A stretch of 64,000 nt of DNA from Octopus sinensis (GCF_006345805.1 NC_043001.1:39370001-39434000), one strand, 5' to 3'; counted from the stretch's first letter, positions 38,587-51,393 are shown. The notes: generated from the letters alone by a model not told the origin. A program made the numbers and translations.

Positions 38587-39123
38587 GTATGTGTGTGTGT
38601 GTATGTGTGTGTGTGCGTGTGTGTGTATGTATCTATGTATAATATGTATCTAGTCAAAGTGATTTGCAAAATAAGCATTTTTTTAAAGGAAGTTAAAAAT
38701 CTGAAAATCGGCTATATAGATGCAGTCTTCCAGTCTCATTGCAATGAAGGTATGATGTTATGGAAAAAAATTGGAGGAAAATGTTAGAGAGATTTTAAAA
38801 TATCTTCATTAATTCTATGTTTTTATTATTACCTCCGCCTTAGTGAAGGCAGAGGCATTATTTTCAGTCATGTTTGCTTGTTTGAGCGTGGACAAGATAT
38901 CTCAAGAACCGCTGGATGGATTCGGATGAAACTTTCAGAGATGTCTGGCCTCATGACTGGCACGTGCTGATTAGATTTTACCGGACAAGGATTCTGCATT
39001 ATTTTTCGTATTATTTTTTTACTTAATTTTTGAGAGCAGGCGGGTTCAGTTTTAGTATTCTCATTCGTGAATGCAGGCAAGTTTATTTAAGATATTCTCA
39101 TTTTAAAAATCATCTCTGTCTAA
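37621..39123. repeat. Large inverted repeat, ~470-bp arms (37621-38090 and 38648-39123)
   Basis: For example GAATCCATCCAGCGGTTCTTGAGATATCTTGTCCACG versus CGTGGACAAGATATCTCAAGAACCGCTGGATGGATTC. Confidence 0.93.
38184..38285 (+). ncRNA. Type I hammerhead ribozyme motif with long AU-rich stem II (Penelope-like)
   Basis: GAC-CTGATGA-[GTGACTATATTT..AAATATAGCCAT]-GAAA-T-GCGT-G-TA-GTC; predicted cleavage after 38282. Confidence 0.75.
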
Positions 39124-39165
39124 TAGTTAGTGTTGCCTCGGCATAGGTTTGTGCTCTCTGAGTGC
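38829..39165 (+). mobile_element. Helentron-associated (HINE/DINE-1-like) non-autonomous element
   Basis: Starts ATTACCTCCGCC and ends CCTCGGCATAGGTTTGTGCTCTCTGAGTGCT, the subterminal-IR plus 3' stem layout typical of HINEs. Confidence 0.6.
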
Positions 39166-39631
39166 TCATGCTTTTTTTATTTTTTATATTGATATATTTG
39201 TCTGCATGTATTTACTTTATGCATATTTCAGTATTATGTATACCTATCATGTATTAATGTACAGCATTAATATATAAGTGCATGTAGATGTACAAATTCA
39301 TATATAAGTTTATATATACACTTATGCATTTGTGTGTATGTGTGTGTGTGTGTGTGAGAGAGAGAGAGTGAGTGTGTGTGTGTGTGAAAAGGAAGCGATT
39401 GTCTCCAAAACACCAAAGTTGAGTAACGTTTTTATGTTTGGATTTGTAAACTACAAGAATAACAATGGTCAACAATTTATCTCAAGAACAATAAATGTGA
39501 AGCTAATGGTTTAAAAAATACTTCTAATTGGTTGATCGTAATCAAAATTCAGAGTTGCATCGATATACCAAAATTGAAAGCAATCTGAACAAAATTAAAC
39601 GGGGCTCATTTTGCGAATTAGACTGACTAGA

Positions 39632-39669
<38 letters not shown>

Positions 39670-40199
39670 TACACACACACACACACGCTCACACACGCAT
39701 ATATGTATACATTCACATACACACATATATTCATGTATACACGCATACACACATACATAAAGACGACTTTTGGGATTAATTTTTTAAATTAAAGTTTATT
39801 TGCCAATATTTCGCTCAGAGATTTAAAACTAACTGTTTTTCCTTTTTAAATTAATGTAAACATTTATTTATATGAAAAAAATTACCAGAGAACGTTCATC
39901 CAATTCTTCTAATTCTTACTGTTAAAAACTGTAAAGTGTTTATCACATTTGCATTAAACAGGTGGCTGTGAGGTGTGCAAAAATAACCGCAAAATAAGAT
40001 TTATTTGCATGAAAGAAAATTATAGGTGACATGACACGTGAAGGTTACAAATATTGACGACACGTGCTATTTTCAGGATACTGACAACAAAATGTGCAGT
40101 CACGCACAAAATGACAGCTTCCAAATCCTATTTCCTGACTGAGTGAAAATGACCAAAGTTTAAACCTCTATAACTTTTTAAAAACATTTAGACAAGTGT

Positions 40200-41065
40200 A
40201 TTATTGTGCCAGGATCTCTTCCTTTTGAACGGCATATGTCAACACAATTTCTAGTTGACTAAACACTTTTAAACTTTGTATACTGGTAGAATGTGTTTAT
40301 AAAACATCATTTTTTCTTGGCTTCATTGAGAAAATTCTATAGTTTGTAACATATTTCCACTTTAAAATCGAGCATTTTGGCAATTTTAACCAATCAAATA
40401 CGTCCATTTGGGGTGAAAACATACTGTGCTGTATAAATATGCCCCTCATTTAAGAAACAGATTGGGTTTATTTACATTTGCGAAGAAAAAAGATACCCTT
40501 ACCCAACCCTAACCCTAACCCTAACCCTACCCCTAACCCTAACCCTAACCATAACTCTAAACCTAACCTTAAAATAGATTGAAATGCAATAGATCGATAC
40601 TAGGGTTATAATTATGGGTGACAATTTCATACGACACCGCTATGGAAAATGGGATTTTTTTCTAGCGGTGTCAAATGAAAATGTCACCCATAATTATAAC
40701 CCTAGTATCGATCTATTGCATTTCAATCTATTTTAGTTAGAGTTAGGGTTAGGGGTGGGGGAGGGGTAGCTTTTTTTCTTCGCAAATGTAAATAAACCCA
40801 ATCTGTTTCTTAAACGAGGGGCATATTCATACAGCACGGTATGTTTTCACCCCAAATGGATGTATTTGATTGGTTAAAATTGCCGAAATGCTCGATTTTA
40901 AAGTGGAAATATATTACAGCATATAGAATTTTCTCAATAAAGCCAAGAAAAAATGATGTTTTATAAACACATTCTACCAGTATACGAAGTTTAAAAATGT
41001 TTAGTTAACTAGAAATTGTGTTGAAAACTGCCGTTCAAAAGGAAAAGATCCTTGTGCCAAATTAT
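40200..41065. repeat. Head-to-head palindrome, ~420-bp arms, 20-nt loop, internal (CCCTAA)n/(TTAGGG)n
   Basis: Centre GACACCGCTA(40633-40642)-N20-TAGCGGTGTC(40663-40672); arms match out to GGATCTCTTCCTTTTGAACGGC and GCCGTTCAAAAGGAAAAGATCC. Confidence 0.95.
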
Positions 41066-41432
41066 AATATTCTCGGTAAATTTTAAGTTTTGAAGCTGCT
41101 GGCAACCAAACAGAAAAGATTCTAGATCCATATCTGTATATCAGTGCCATTAGTATATGAAATTTTGAATGAGTGTGTCTGCAGCATAGCATTTCTTGAA
41201 AAGTATATCTATTCTTAACAGTTTTAGCAAAATATGGATGTTTAAATGTGCATATGAATATAACATCATCATCATCATCATTATCATTTAATATCCACTT
41301 TCCATGCTAGCATTGGTTGAATGATCTACTGAGGTCTGATGAACCAGATGGCTGCACCAGACTCCAATCTGAGCTGGCAGAGTTTCTACAGCTGGATGCC
41401 CTTCCTAATGCCAACCACTTCGAGAGTGTAGT

Positions 41433-41695
41433 GGGTGCTTTTACATGCCACCGGCATAAGGGCCAGTCAGGCGGTACTGGCAACAGCCATGCTCAAATGG
41501 TGCTTTTTATGTGCCACCTGCACAGGAGCCAGTCCAACGGCACTGGCAACGACCTCGCTCGAATGTTTTTTCACGTGCCACCAGCACAAGTGCCAATAAG
41601 GTGACATAGGTAATGATCACGCTTGAATGGTGCTTCTTATGTGCCACCGGTACAGAAGCCAGCTTGTTGCTCTGGCAACAATCACGCTCGTATGC
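41433..41695 (-). repeat. ~65-bp tandem array, 4 diverged units, in an RTE-tail element
   Basis: Each unit has GTGCCACC, usually a GCCAG-N9/10-CTGGC stem, and CGCTCGAAT. Confidence 0.75.
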
Positions 41696-41719
41696 CAGTC
41701 ATCGAATTTGATTTCGATT

Positions 41720-42990
41720 TCAATTTCACTTCCCTCACATATATACATACGCATATACATACAAACACATGCATATGCATACCCATGCATAGACATACAC
41801 ATATGCATAAATATACATGCATATACATACGCACACATATATAAAAAATATATGTGTATACGTATATATGTGTACATATACAGCTACACACATACATATA
41901 AGGTTCATACATACACATACATATATACTAACGTACACATACATGTATACAGGCATGTGTGCACAGATACAGGCACATGCACTCATATGTATGTACATCT
42001 ACTCATATATACACACATTTATATAAGCATACGTATATGCACACACACATGCATGTGCATATATTCATATATGTATATATACATACATATACAGCCGTGC
42101 ACTCACACACATACAGGTATGTATAATTATATTCTTACACACACATGTACATAAATACCCACACATCCATAAACACTTCAAATTTATCTACACATAGCCA
42201 TAATTGTTTACGCATGTGTGTGTATGCATACATGCCCATAAGTACAAGGAAATGGAAAGTACGTAAAGTCATCTATATACACGATTAAATAGCATGTGAA
42301 ATAGTTTATTGGAATAAGTGGAATTATAGTTACGCATACACATATCGATTTACACATATTCATATACACATGCATGAATACATAGATACCCATGCAAACA
42401 CACACATGTGCATACATAATTGTGTGCATTTGTATACATACACGTATATTAACACAGGAACAGGAAAAATAAAATCATATATTTTTATGCTCATATGATC
42501 TAAGAGCATGTGTATATAATCTATGTGGATATGTGGATGTGCACACACACACACAAATATTTTTGTATATGTGTGCATATGTATATGCATGTATGTGTAT
42601 GTATTTTTGTATGTCTATGCACGGGTAAGCGTATGCATATGTATGTATGTATATGCATATGTGTGTGTATGTATATGTATGGATATTTAAACATCCACAT
42701 TATACTAAAACTGTTAAGAATAGATATAGTCATCATGAAATGCTATAGTATAGACACACTAATTCAAAATTTCATATACCAAATGGGTTCATATTTATTA
42801 ATAAGCATCTACATTAATTTCATTTAGATGGGTGATGGGTATGAAGAATATACATACATATATGTGTGTGTGTGTGTGTGTGTGTGAACATATACATATA
42901 TATGCATATATGTGAGGATTCATGTATATACATGTATCTGTGTGCATATGTGTGTGTGACCATATGTGTGTATATATATACACACACACA
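41720..42990. repeat. Degenerate (CA)/(TA)/(TG) low-complexity tract
   Basis: Visible directly. Confidence 0.9.
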
Positions 42991-43569
42991 TAAACCTATA
43001 TAAACTTTTATAATTTTATTTATACCTTATTCTTTTTATTAACTATAAATTTACGTTTTTTATGTTTATTTCCTCTTAATCATCTCTATTTTTACTTTAT
43101 TTATTGTTCTGGTTTTATTTATTTTACTTTATCTCTAATCATATTCTAATCAATCCATAAACAACACTTCACCCCCTGAATATAATAATAGAAATCATAA
43201 ACTATAATATTTAATCTGCTGAAATGAATTGATAGGTCCACATATAACATCCCAAGGTACATCTTTTTTCTCTGATGAAATTATCCTCATGTCACATAAA
43301 TGCAAATTTAATGTACAAATCTGTAATTAAGTTATGGGCCTCCAACAAGGCTTTTTGAAATATAACTTTAAAGCCAGGAACTTTTCAGCACCCCATGGCA
43401 TATATAAAATATGATGGGCTTCTTTCAGTTTTCCCCTACTAAATACACTCACAAGCGTTGCTTGGCCCAAGGTTATAGTAGAAGACACTTGCTCAAGGTT
43501 CCACACAATGGGACTAAACCCAGAGCCATGTGGCTGGGAAGTAAACTCCTTACCACACAGCCATGCCTG

Positions 43570-44740
43570 CACCTTACATACCATTCTTATTTTTGCAACT
43601 CTTTTCTGTTGGAACATCTGTGCTTATATGATAAATAACAAGTACATAATTAAAAAGTACATACATGTATGAGTGTTAAATAATGGTTTTGTTTGAATAA
43701 TTCTTCCCATTGAAAATTAAAATTTTATCTCCTGTACTGAATTTCATGCTTTGGAAAAGCAACTGACTGAGAATACAATATGTAAGACTGTCACTTAGTT
43801 TGCCTGTCCTATTTCACATGCTTATATTGAAACATCCTAGTATTACAGGGCATCAGACACATTCAGATCTAAATGTACTGACTGTTTATACTATAAACAA
43901 ATCTTAACAATTTTATACTTTAAAAGTTGATGTATTTTTGTTGTTTTGTTTTTTAGCTGTTATTTCATCTGATGTACCTTCAAGTTGAGTTTATTTCGTC
44001 CCTGATGAACTAATCTGGGAGAATTGTTAGAGCAACTATTTTCAAAGTTAGGTATCCTTCCTAATGCTAATGTTTCAACTAATGAAAGACAGCATATTAT
44101 AGGGATGTAGTAGCTGAGAGGTTAGGGCTGAATAGAGTTACCAAACCAAAACAACAAAGAAATATATCATTCACTCCAACACTAAATGCTTAGTAATTGA
44201 GAAAGTAAATTGATTTGTCCATAAGAAAATAAATAACTTAAATAGCTCATCTACATATCTGATTTAGAATGTTAAGGATATTCTTAGTAGTGAAACATGA
44301 GGTTTATCCAAAAGTTACCAAATGATCTTTTAGATATATGTTCAAATTCATTGTTATTGGAGTTGAGACAATCGTTAAAATATGAAACCATATAATTTAT
44401 AGTTTCAATTAATCTACATAAATGGTAATTCCAAAAACAAACACCACTCTACTTATACACTCAAGCAATATTCTAATTCTTATTTAAACATTGTTGAAAT
44501 ATGATATTCTGTTAATTGTTGTCATAATGACTAAAACTCAAATAATTTGGCTTTTAGATAATCTACATTTACAAACATCCTGATAATTCAGTGTCAAAAT
44601 ATCTATTTTCTATGGTTACCAAATCATCTCAGGAAGGAGAAATTTAGAGTTTTAATTTATCTTTTTGATAATACATCTAAAAGCAAAAGGTTTGGGAGAG
44701 AAGATGGAATAACAAAATTCAATTATTTTGAAACTTTCAA
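43570..44740 (+). repeat. Old direct duplicate (~80% identity by eye) of 32177-32490 + 32866-32915 + 34531-35400
   Basis: Collinear matches such as TCACATGCTTATATTGAA and AATTGAGAAAGTAAATTGATTTGTCCATA; this copy lacks two SINE insertions present in the other. Confidence 0.88.
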
Positions 44741-45891
44741 TCTGAATGGCCCTTGTGCCAGTGGCATGTAAAAGCACCCACTACACTCTCAGAGTGGTTG
44801 GCGTTAGGAAGGGCATCCAGCTATAGAAACTCTGCCAGATCAGATTGGAGCCTGATGCAGCCATCTGGTTCGCCAGACCTCAGTCAAATCGTCCAACCCA
44901 TGCTAGCATGGAAAGCAGACGTTAAACGAGGATGATGATGGTGATGATTTGTGTGCATATAGTTTTTCATCAGTAGAAGTTACAAAGTGAGTCAAGGGTC
45001 AAGAGTTTCATGCATTGTACTCATAAGTATATGCACTTACATTTAGAGTTCCTATTGGTATGTGTGTATGTATTCATATGTTCTTCATGTACATGTGTTG
45101 ATGTATGTATGTTAAGGTACATATACCTATGTATACATTTATGTATGCAGTCGTCTAACAATTCATGTGAGAAAAAATGTACTGTTATATTTGTCAATGG
45201 AGTGGGTATATTAATCAGAGGGTACAGTATAATGTATCCATTATGCCTGATCTTTTCAACTGGTTTCACACTGGATATTAAACAGGATGATAGATAACAG
45301 CATGATTATGTAATACCACATGCTTGTCAGAGCTGACATTTATGGAGAAAAGATATGGCAACTGCTCTCCTTTATTGGTAGTGAAAATCTGGTTTGTGGG
45401 TGCTGTGAAAAACAATGAAACAAAAGGACATGAGTTATATCAAGAGTTAGTCCCCTAGCTCCAAAGGTCACTGATATTTTGCATTTCTCTAAGATTTTCT
45501 ACTTTATGTTTTACTTCATGTTGCTTTCCCTTAATCATTGTAAGTGCCTAGCCAGGGTTGTGGCATTTCATGTCTCTAGGATATTAAAGAGGGGATTATG
45601 GTTATTGAATATGGTCCTAAAAGGATCTTCTGTTGCTCAGACATACTTCTACATACCTGGTCTTTTGATGTTACCTTTACTTCATACAAGACTATTTCCA
45701 TACTACAGTGGCTATTAAGAGTTACCACTAAGTGAGTATACTACTCTGTCTCTCATGTGATCTTAAATCCAGATTTAGCAAGTTCCACTGCTGCTAGTGT
45801 TGCTGGATGCTTTTTACTGCTACTGATACACTTGTATTTTTTAGTACTATATGTCAATACAAGATATACACAGAATGATATATATGTGTGT

Positions 45892-45930
<39 letters not shown>

Positions 45931-46132
45931 CGTGCGTGTGTGTGTGTGCGTGCATGTGTGTGCGTGCGTGTGTGTGTATAATACATAAATTAGAGAAACC
46001 ACTATTATGCAATTCAAACAATGATAGACATAAACCAAATCATAAATAAAAAATAAAATATATTTTTTAGAAATATATAACTAGATCACAAAAGGTACAA
46101 AAATGAATAATCAATATATAGTAAGTAAAAAA

Positions 46133-46233
46133 AACTACGCACATTTCATGGCTATAAATAAATTCGAATTACAATTAAATTTAAATTTAATCGAATATCA
46201 ATTCAATTTATAATTATAGTCACTCTTCAGGTT
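46133..46233 (-). ncRNA. Type I hammerhead ribozyme motif, same family as 38184-38285
   Basis: Minus strand AAC-CTGAAGA-[GTGACTATA..TATAGCCAT]-GAAA-T-GTGC-G-TA-GTT. Confidence 0.75.
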
Positions 46234-46903
46234 AACAATAATAACAATAATAGTTAAATAAATAAGCAAATAGAGTTTAAAAAATAAAATAAGGAAATAA
46301 TGATTTTTCTTATAAAAGAAACTCCATTAACTAAATTTGAAACTTAAAACATTAGGACCAGTTGCCTACAATACATTTATCATGTTAAATATTGAAGGTA
46401 AAAAAATAGAGTCAATAGATGGAAAAATGTATTTATCTGTGAAGATATAATTTAGCTTAATAAAAACATTAATAAACTATAGAATATCTTTAGCCTAGCT
46501 ATACTCTAATATTTAATTACCTATGTATGTGTGTATGTATTTATGTTTCTCGTGTGTGTGTATTCTACTAACGAGGCAAAGCATTCCTAAATAAAAAGTC
46601 AGAAGTCCGGGATCTAGAATTATCCAGTAATTTTTTACTAGTTTCATCTTGTCTATTTGTTTTCTCTCCGTGTTGATATATGGACAATTAAGGTGGTTTT
46701 AGAGTCAGATCATGACTGCTATTTTCAGCATGGTAGTATCTCGTAGATTCCCTAATACATAATTTTAATAATTATTACCTTTAAAGGTTATTTTTTTTCC
46801 ATGCTAACCACTTGATAAAATCGTTATTTTATTTTTAGATTAACGATCTTATCCTTAATTATATAAATTTATATATATACATATATATACATATATATGT
46901 ATG

Positions 46904-46972
<69 letters not shown>

Positions 46973-47897
46973 GTACATATTACATATATGTATGTAAATA
47001 TATATGTATAAAGATAAAATTAAATGGAGAGATACAATTGACAATCTAATAATTTATTTATATTATAACATAATATATTATGAATATGATATAACATAAC
47101 ATAAACAATTATCAAAACATCAAAAGATCAACAATTTGCTTCAACTTATATACATTTTTTGATATATAAACAATTCCCTTATATATAAGTCTCAGCAGAG
47201 CCAGAGTTTAAAGATAGACGAAATTTCGTGTGAAAGGATGGCTGGATTGTAAAAAATTCATTCAAATGCCTATGTATTATGAGCTTGAGCGTTAACTATT
47301 CAATTACATATCAATTACAATTAAAAAACGACAACAAAAATTTTAATGGACAAAATAACTAAGTAAGTGTAATCTACAACTATCGAAATATATTTCTATA
47401 TATCTCAAATTATATTAATCCAAACTCGTTTATGTCCAAGAGAATCTTTTGCTATTATAACATACAACAATAATATATATTTGTGTATATAATTAAATAT
47501 CAGAGTCTTGTTTTATCTAGAACTGTAAGAAAACGTGTTAGAAAATATAAATGATAATTATATCGTTAATATATAATAACTCTTCTATCTATTTAAAGTT
47601 ATTGATATAAAAAAAATATTGTTTAAAGTAACTAATAGGAATGTTCTCTGATTATTGTTTATCAGAGGAATAATTCCATAAAAGATATGCATAGAAACCT
47701 AATAAAGATATTTTCTTTGCTTAATTTATTCTAATTTTGCTTAATTTATACTGTAATAGATATAAAGATAAACTTATGGCTGTAAACATTATAACCTAGA
47801 TACCCCATAGATATAGAGTTAGGCTAAAATAATGGATATCAACATATTACTAGTGTTTTAGAAGTAACCGGATTTAAAGTTACTTAGATAAGGATTG

Positions 47898-49860
47898 CAT
47901 TGGGGCACAGGGTTTTTGTTGTCTGATGTTAGAGACATGTTTCCTTCTAATTCTGGGGTGCTGATTTAAAAAAGGAAATCCATTTTGCTCTATCATATTA
48001 AGATTTTCCACAAACTTAGATGTTCATTTTACGACATTTCTGGTATTGTCACTATTTCTAAGGATAGATTTGACTTCATCAAATGTGAACCCATGTATGG
48101 AGCATGACATAACTTTGAAAGTACAGATTTTCAATGTCATTTAAAGTAAATACAACTACAAAAGTGAAAACAAAAGCCATGATTTATGTATCTTCAGTAA
48201 ATGATAAGCATCAAACTTGAGCAACTTTCACTATTTTCAGCTTGACCAGTTTCAAATGTCATGGTGATGATAGAAATGTCCTTTATACAATTAGATGTTA
48301 AGAAACAACATATTTTGTAGTCCTTGACACCATACATATCTTATATTTGTGGAATTTATTTGCAGATATGCGCATGCTCTGCTTAATTTAATGTGACTAT
48401 CATTGCATACTAGATGAGACATGTTTTATTGAACTTTCAAACCATTTCTTATGAAAATTGGTATTTTGAATGTGCCCTTAACCCTTTCGTTACTGTATTT
48501 ATTTTGAGATGCTCTGTGTTTCTTTCAATTATTTTAAATATAACAAAGAATTTAGTAAAATAATTTAGTTATCATTAAGCAAGTATTAGGAATATAAATT
48601 GCGACTAAGGTTTGGTGGTATATTTTGATGCAAAACTTATGAAAACAAGACATTTGTATTACAGAGCCAGAGCCGGTTTTGGCCAGGTTGGTAACGAAAG
48701 GGTTAATGCTTTAATTGTGAAGTCATATGGGTCAAGGTCATTTTTCATCAAGAATGGTCAAAATTTGTCATAAACAAATCTGCATTTGCTTACTTTATAG
48801 CTGTTAACTATTCTGAAAATGCTTTTCCCAGGTGACAACTGGCTTGAATATGTTTTGTGTTTCAGAAATATAGCCAGTTGTGAGAAAAGAGAAATATAAA
48901 ATCTGCTTCAATATCTTCTGCTTATTTCTGGATTAGGCAGTGAAATAAAATCACAGATTTTGTGAAGAAAGCTTACCTTACTTCCTTACACACTTTAGCA
49001 TGAAATTTGGTGATAAGACAAAGCCTTGGTGCCCCATATAGTGTGCAAAACATGTATTGAAAAACTGAAACAGTGACTGCCTCAAATGCTTAAGCAGAAA
49101 GTTTTCAGTTTTGTCTTGTGTGAGAAAATTAAGGTTGGTGTGTTTGATGGGCCACAGAATTGGTGGCTGTTTCAGGATGAGCTATTTTTGGAAACTATGT
49201 CTGGCATTGAGAAACAATCACGAGGTGCTTTTGCTGCAGTTGTATCTGATTTCTTGGGAAACAGGAAGTCATCAAATTATGAAGATCTTGTGCAGATCCT
49301 TTTAAGCAGTTTTTGAGCACTGGGCTGCAACATGAGTGTAAATGTGCATTTCCTGCACAGTCATCTGAAATACTTCCTTGAAATCATATGGCAATAAGTA
49401 ATAAGCAAGGAGGAAGATCCAATCAAGACATTGAGAATATGGAGACTAGGTATCAAGGTCAGTGGAACACCAAGATGATGCTGTCTACTGCAGGTCACCA
49501 TAAAGAGACTCTCATGATGCAATTTATTCACATAAAGTAGCAAAGAAAATGCTCATTCCTTGAGTACCTGAAACTCCAGTTTGATAGAAATATCTATTCT
49601 AAGATGTGCAATTAAACACTTGTGTAATATATTTAATAAAAATAAAAAGTACTATTTGGTTTGTGTTAGTGTCTTATTTCAGTATTACATTTAATGACAA
49701 AATTGATATTTTTGGTAAAAAAATTAATTCCTGTTTAACAAAAAACTTGACGTGGTGGAAAATTTCTGAGGATATTTCTGAACTTAACCCCATCAAATTA
49801 GGTTGAATTAATTGTAAAAAGCAAGACGTCTAAAACATTTTTCAAAAATGTTACTCAGTG
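47898..49860 (+). mobile_element. Chapaev3-like (CMC) DNA transposon, internally deleted
   Basis: CA(T)TG...CAGTG ends; N-terminal ITDFVKKAY..KPW..PHIVCKTCIEKLKQ joined to C-terminal KIKVGVFDGPQ..FLGNRKSSNYEDLV..LGCNMSVNVHFLHSHL..METRYQGQW. Family name is from motif recall. Confidence 0.7.
48482..48702. mobile_element. piggyBac-type MITE nested in the Chapaev-like element
   Basis: Perfect 12-bp TIR CCCTTTCGTTAC/GTAACGAAAGGG flanked by TTAA at 48478-48481 and 48703-48706. Confidence 0.92.
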
Positions 49861-50922
49861 TTATTATTCATATATTATGGAAGGGGGAACTCTGTAAATA
49901 AGTAAAAATTAGGTAATAAAAACAAAGCAAGTATTAAAGATTACTCAAGGTAAAATAATTAATATTATTATTTTAAAATTAAATGACTATAAATAGTATA
50001 TATCCAAATTTTATTAATTCTTTCAGAATTAACACAATAATATTGTTGTAATAAGAATGTATGTTATAAACTATACGGTACTATAATAATTATTTTGGTT
50101 ATTAAATTTATTTATTAAGTCAAATAAAACTATTTATCTATTATTAACATTATTATCATATTATAATTATCATCACTTAATTAATAAATTAAATGAATGT
50201 ATTTCTACATATGTTCATTTAGTATAATGAAGACATTTTATTTGTGATATATAATTAATATTAATACTAATATAATGATGTATGTAAGAGTAACTACAAG
50301 AATAACATTAAAAGGAATCAAATTCTGAATTAATCCAACAATTAATTTTCCAAATTCAATATTATAATAAAGATTAAGATGACAAAACTTAAGGATATAC
50401 ATATGTGTGTGTATATATATACACACACACACACATATATATATACACGTACATACATATACAGATACATAGACATACATACACTCATACACACACATCT
50501 ATATATATACATATACACACATACATATATATATATATATTTACACATTCAAAAACATACTTACAAATACACATACACACACATATATATACATATGCAT
50601 ATACACATACATATACATGCATATATATATGCATCTACATACAGATATAAGCAGAAATACACTTATAAACATATATAAATACCCATTTGATTACATATGT
50701 ATATACATAGCAACACATATAGATGCATATATATACATCTATTTACTCATATATACATGTATACCTGCATTAACAATAAATGATATACACATATATATAT
50801 ATTTGAACAGACCATTCACCCACAAACACGCTCACCAACACACCCACATACAAACATGCACACCCCAACATATGTATGTATGTGTGTGTGTGTGTATATA
50901 TATATATATAGATATAGATATA

Positions 50923-51294
50923 GGAGTTGCTGTGTAGTAAGTAGCTTCCTTACCAACCACATGGTTCCAGGTTCAGTCCCACTGTGTGGCACCTTGGGCA
51001 AGTGTCTTCTACTATAACCTCAGGCTGACCAAAGCCTTGTGAGTGGATTTGGTAGACATCGGTTGTCAAGCGATTGTGGGGTACAAGCACAGAAACACAC
51101 ACACACACAAATACACACATATGCACGCATATATATACAACGGGCTTCTTTCAGTTTCTGTCTACCAAATCCACTCACAAGGCTTTGGTTGGCCTGAGGC
51201 TATAGTAGAAGAGACTTGCCCAAAGTGTCATGCAGTGGGACTCAAACCACAACCATGTGGTTGGGAAGCAAGCTATTTACCAAGCAGCCACTCC
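50923..51294. mobile_element. Inverted pair of tRNA-headed SINEs (50923-51058 plus strand; 51059-51294 minus strand)
   Basis: GGAGTTGCTGTGTAGTAAG..GGATTTGGTAGACA is antisense to TGTCTACCAAATCC..CAGCCACTCC (51159-51294). Confidence 0.9.
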
Positions 51295-51336
51295 TGCATT
51301 TAATATATATGTATGATTTTACATATATATGTACGT

Positions 51337-51393
<57 letters not shown>

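Noticed and set aside
40503-40570. Interstitial telomere or chromosome-fusion site
   Set aside because: The run is short, imperfect and embedded symmetrically in a repeat element; a fusion would give TTAGGG followed by CCCTAA, the opposite order.
41433-41695. CRISPR-like repeat/spacer appearance (also 28632-28815)
   Set aside because: Units are diverged tandem repeats without unique spacers, inside a eukaryotic retroelement, with no cas genes.
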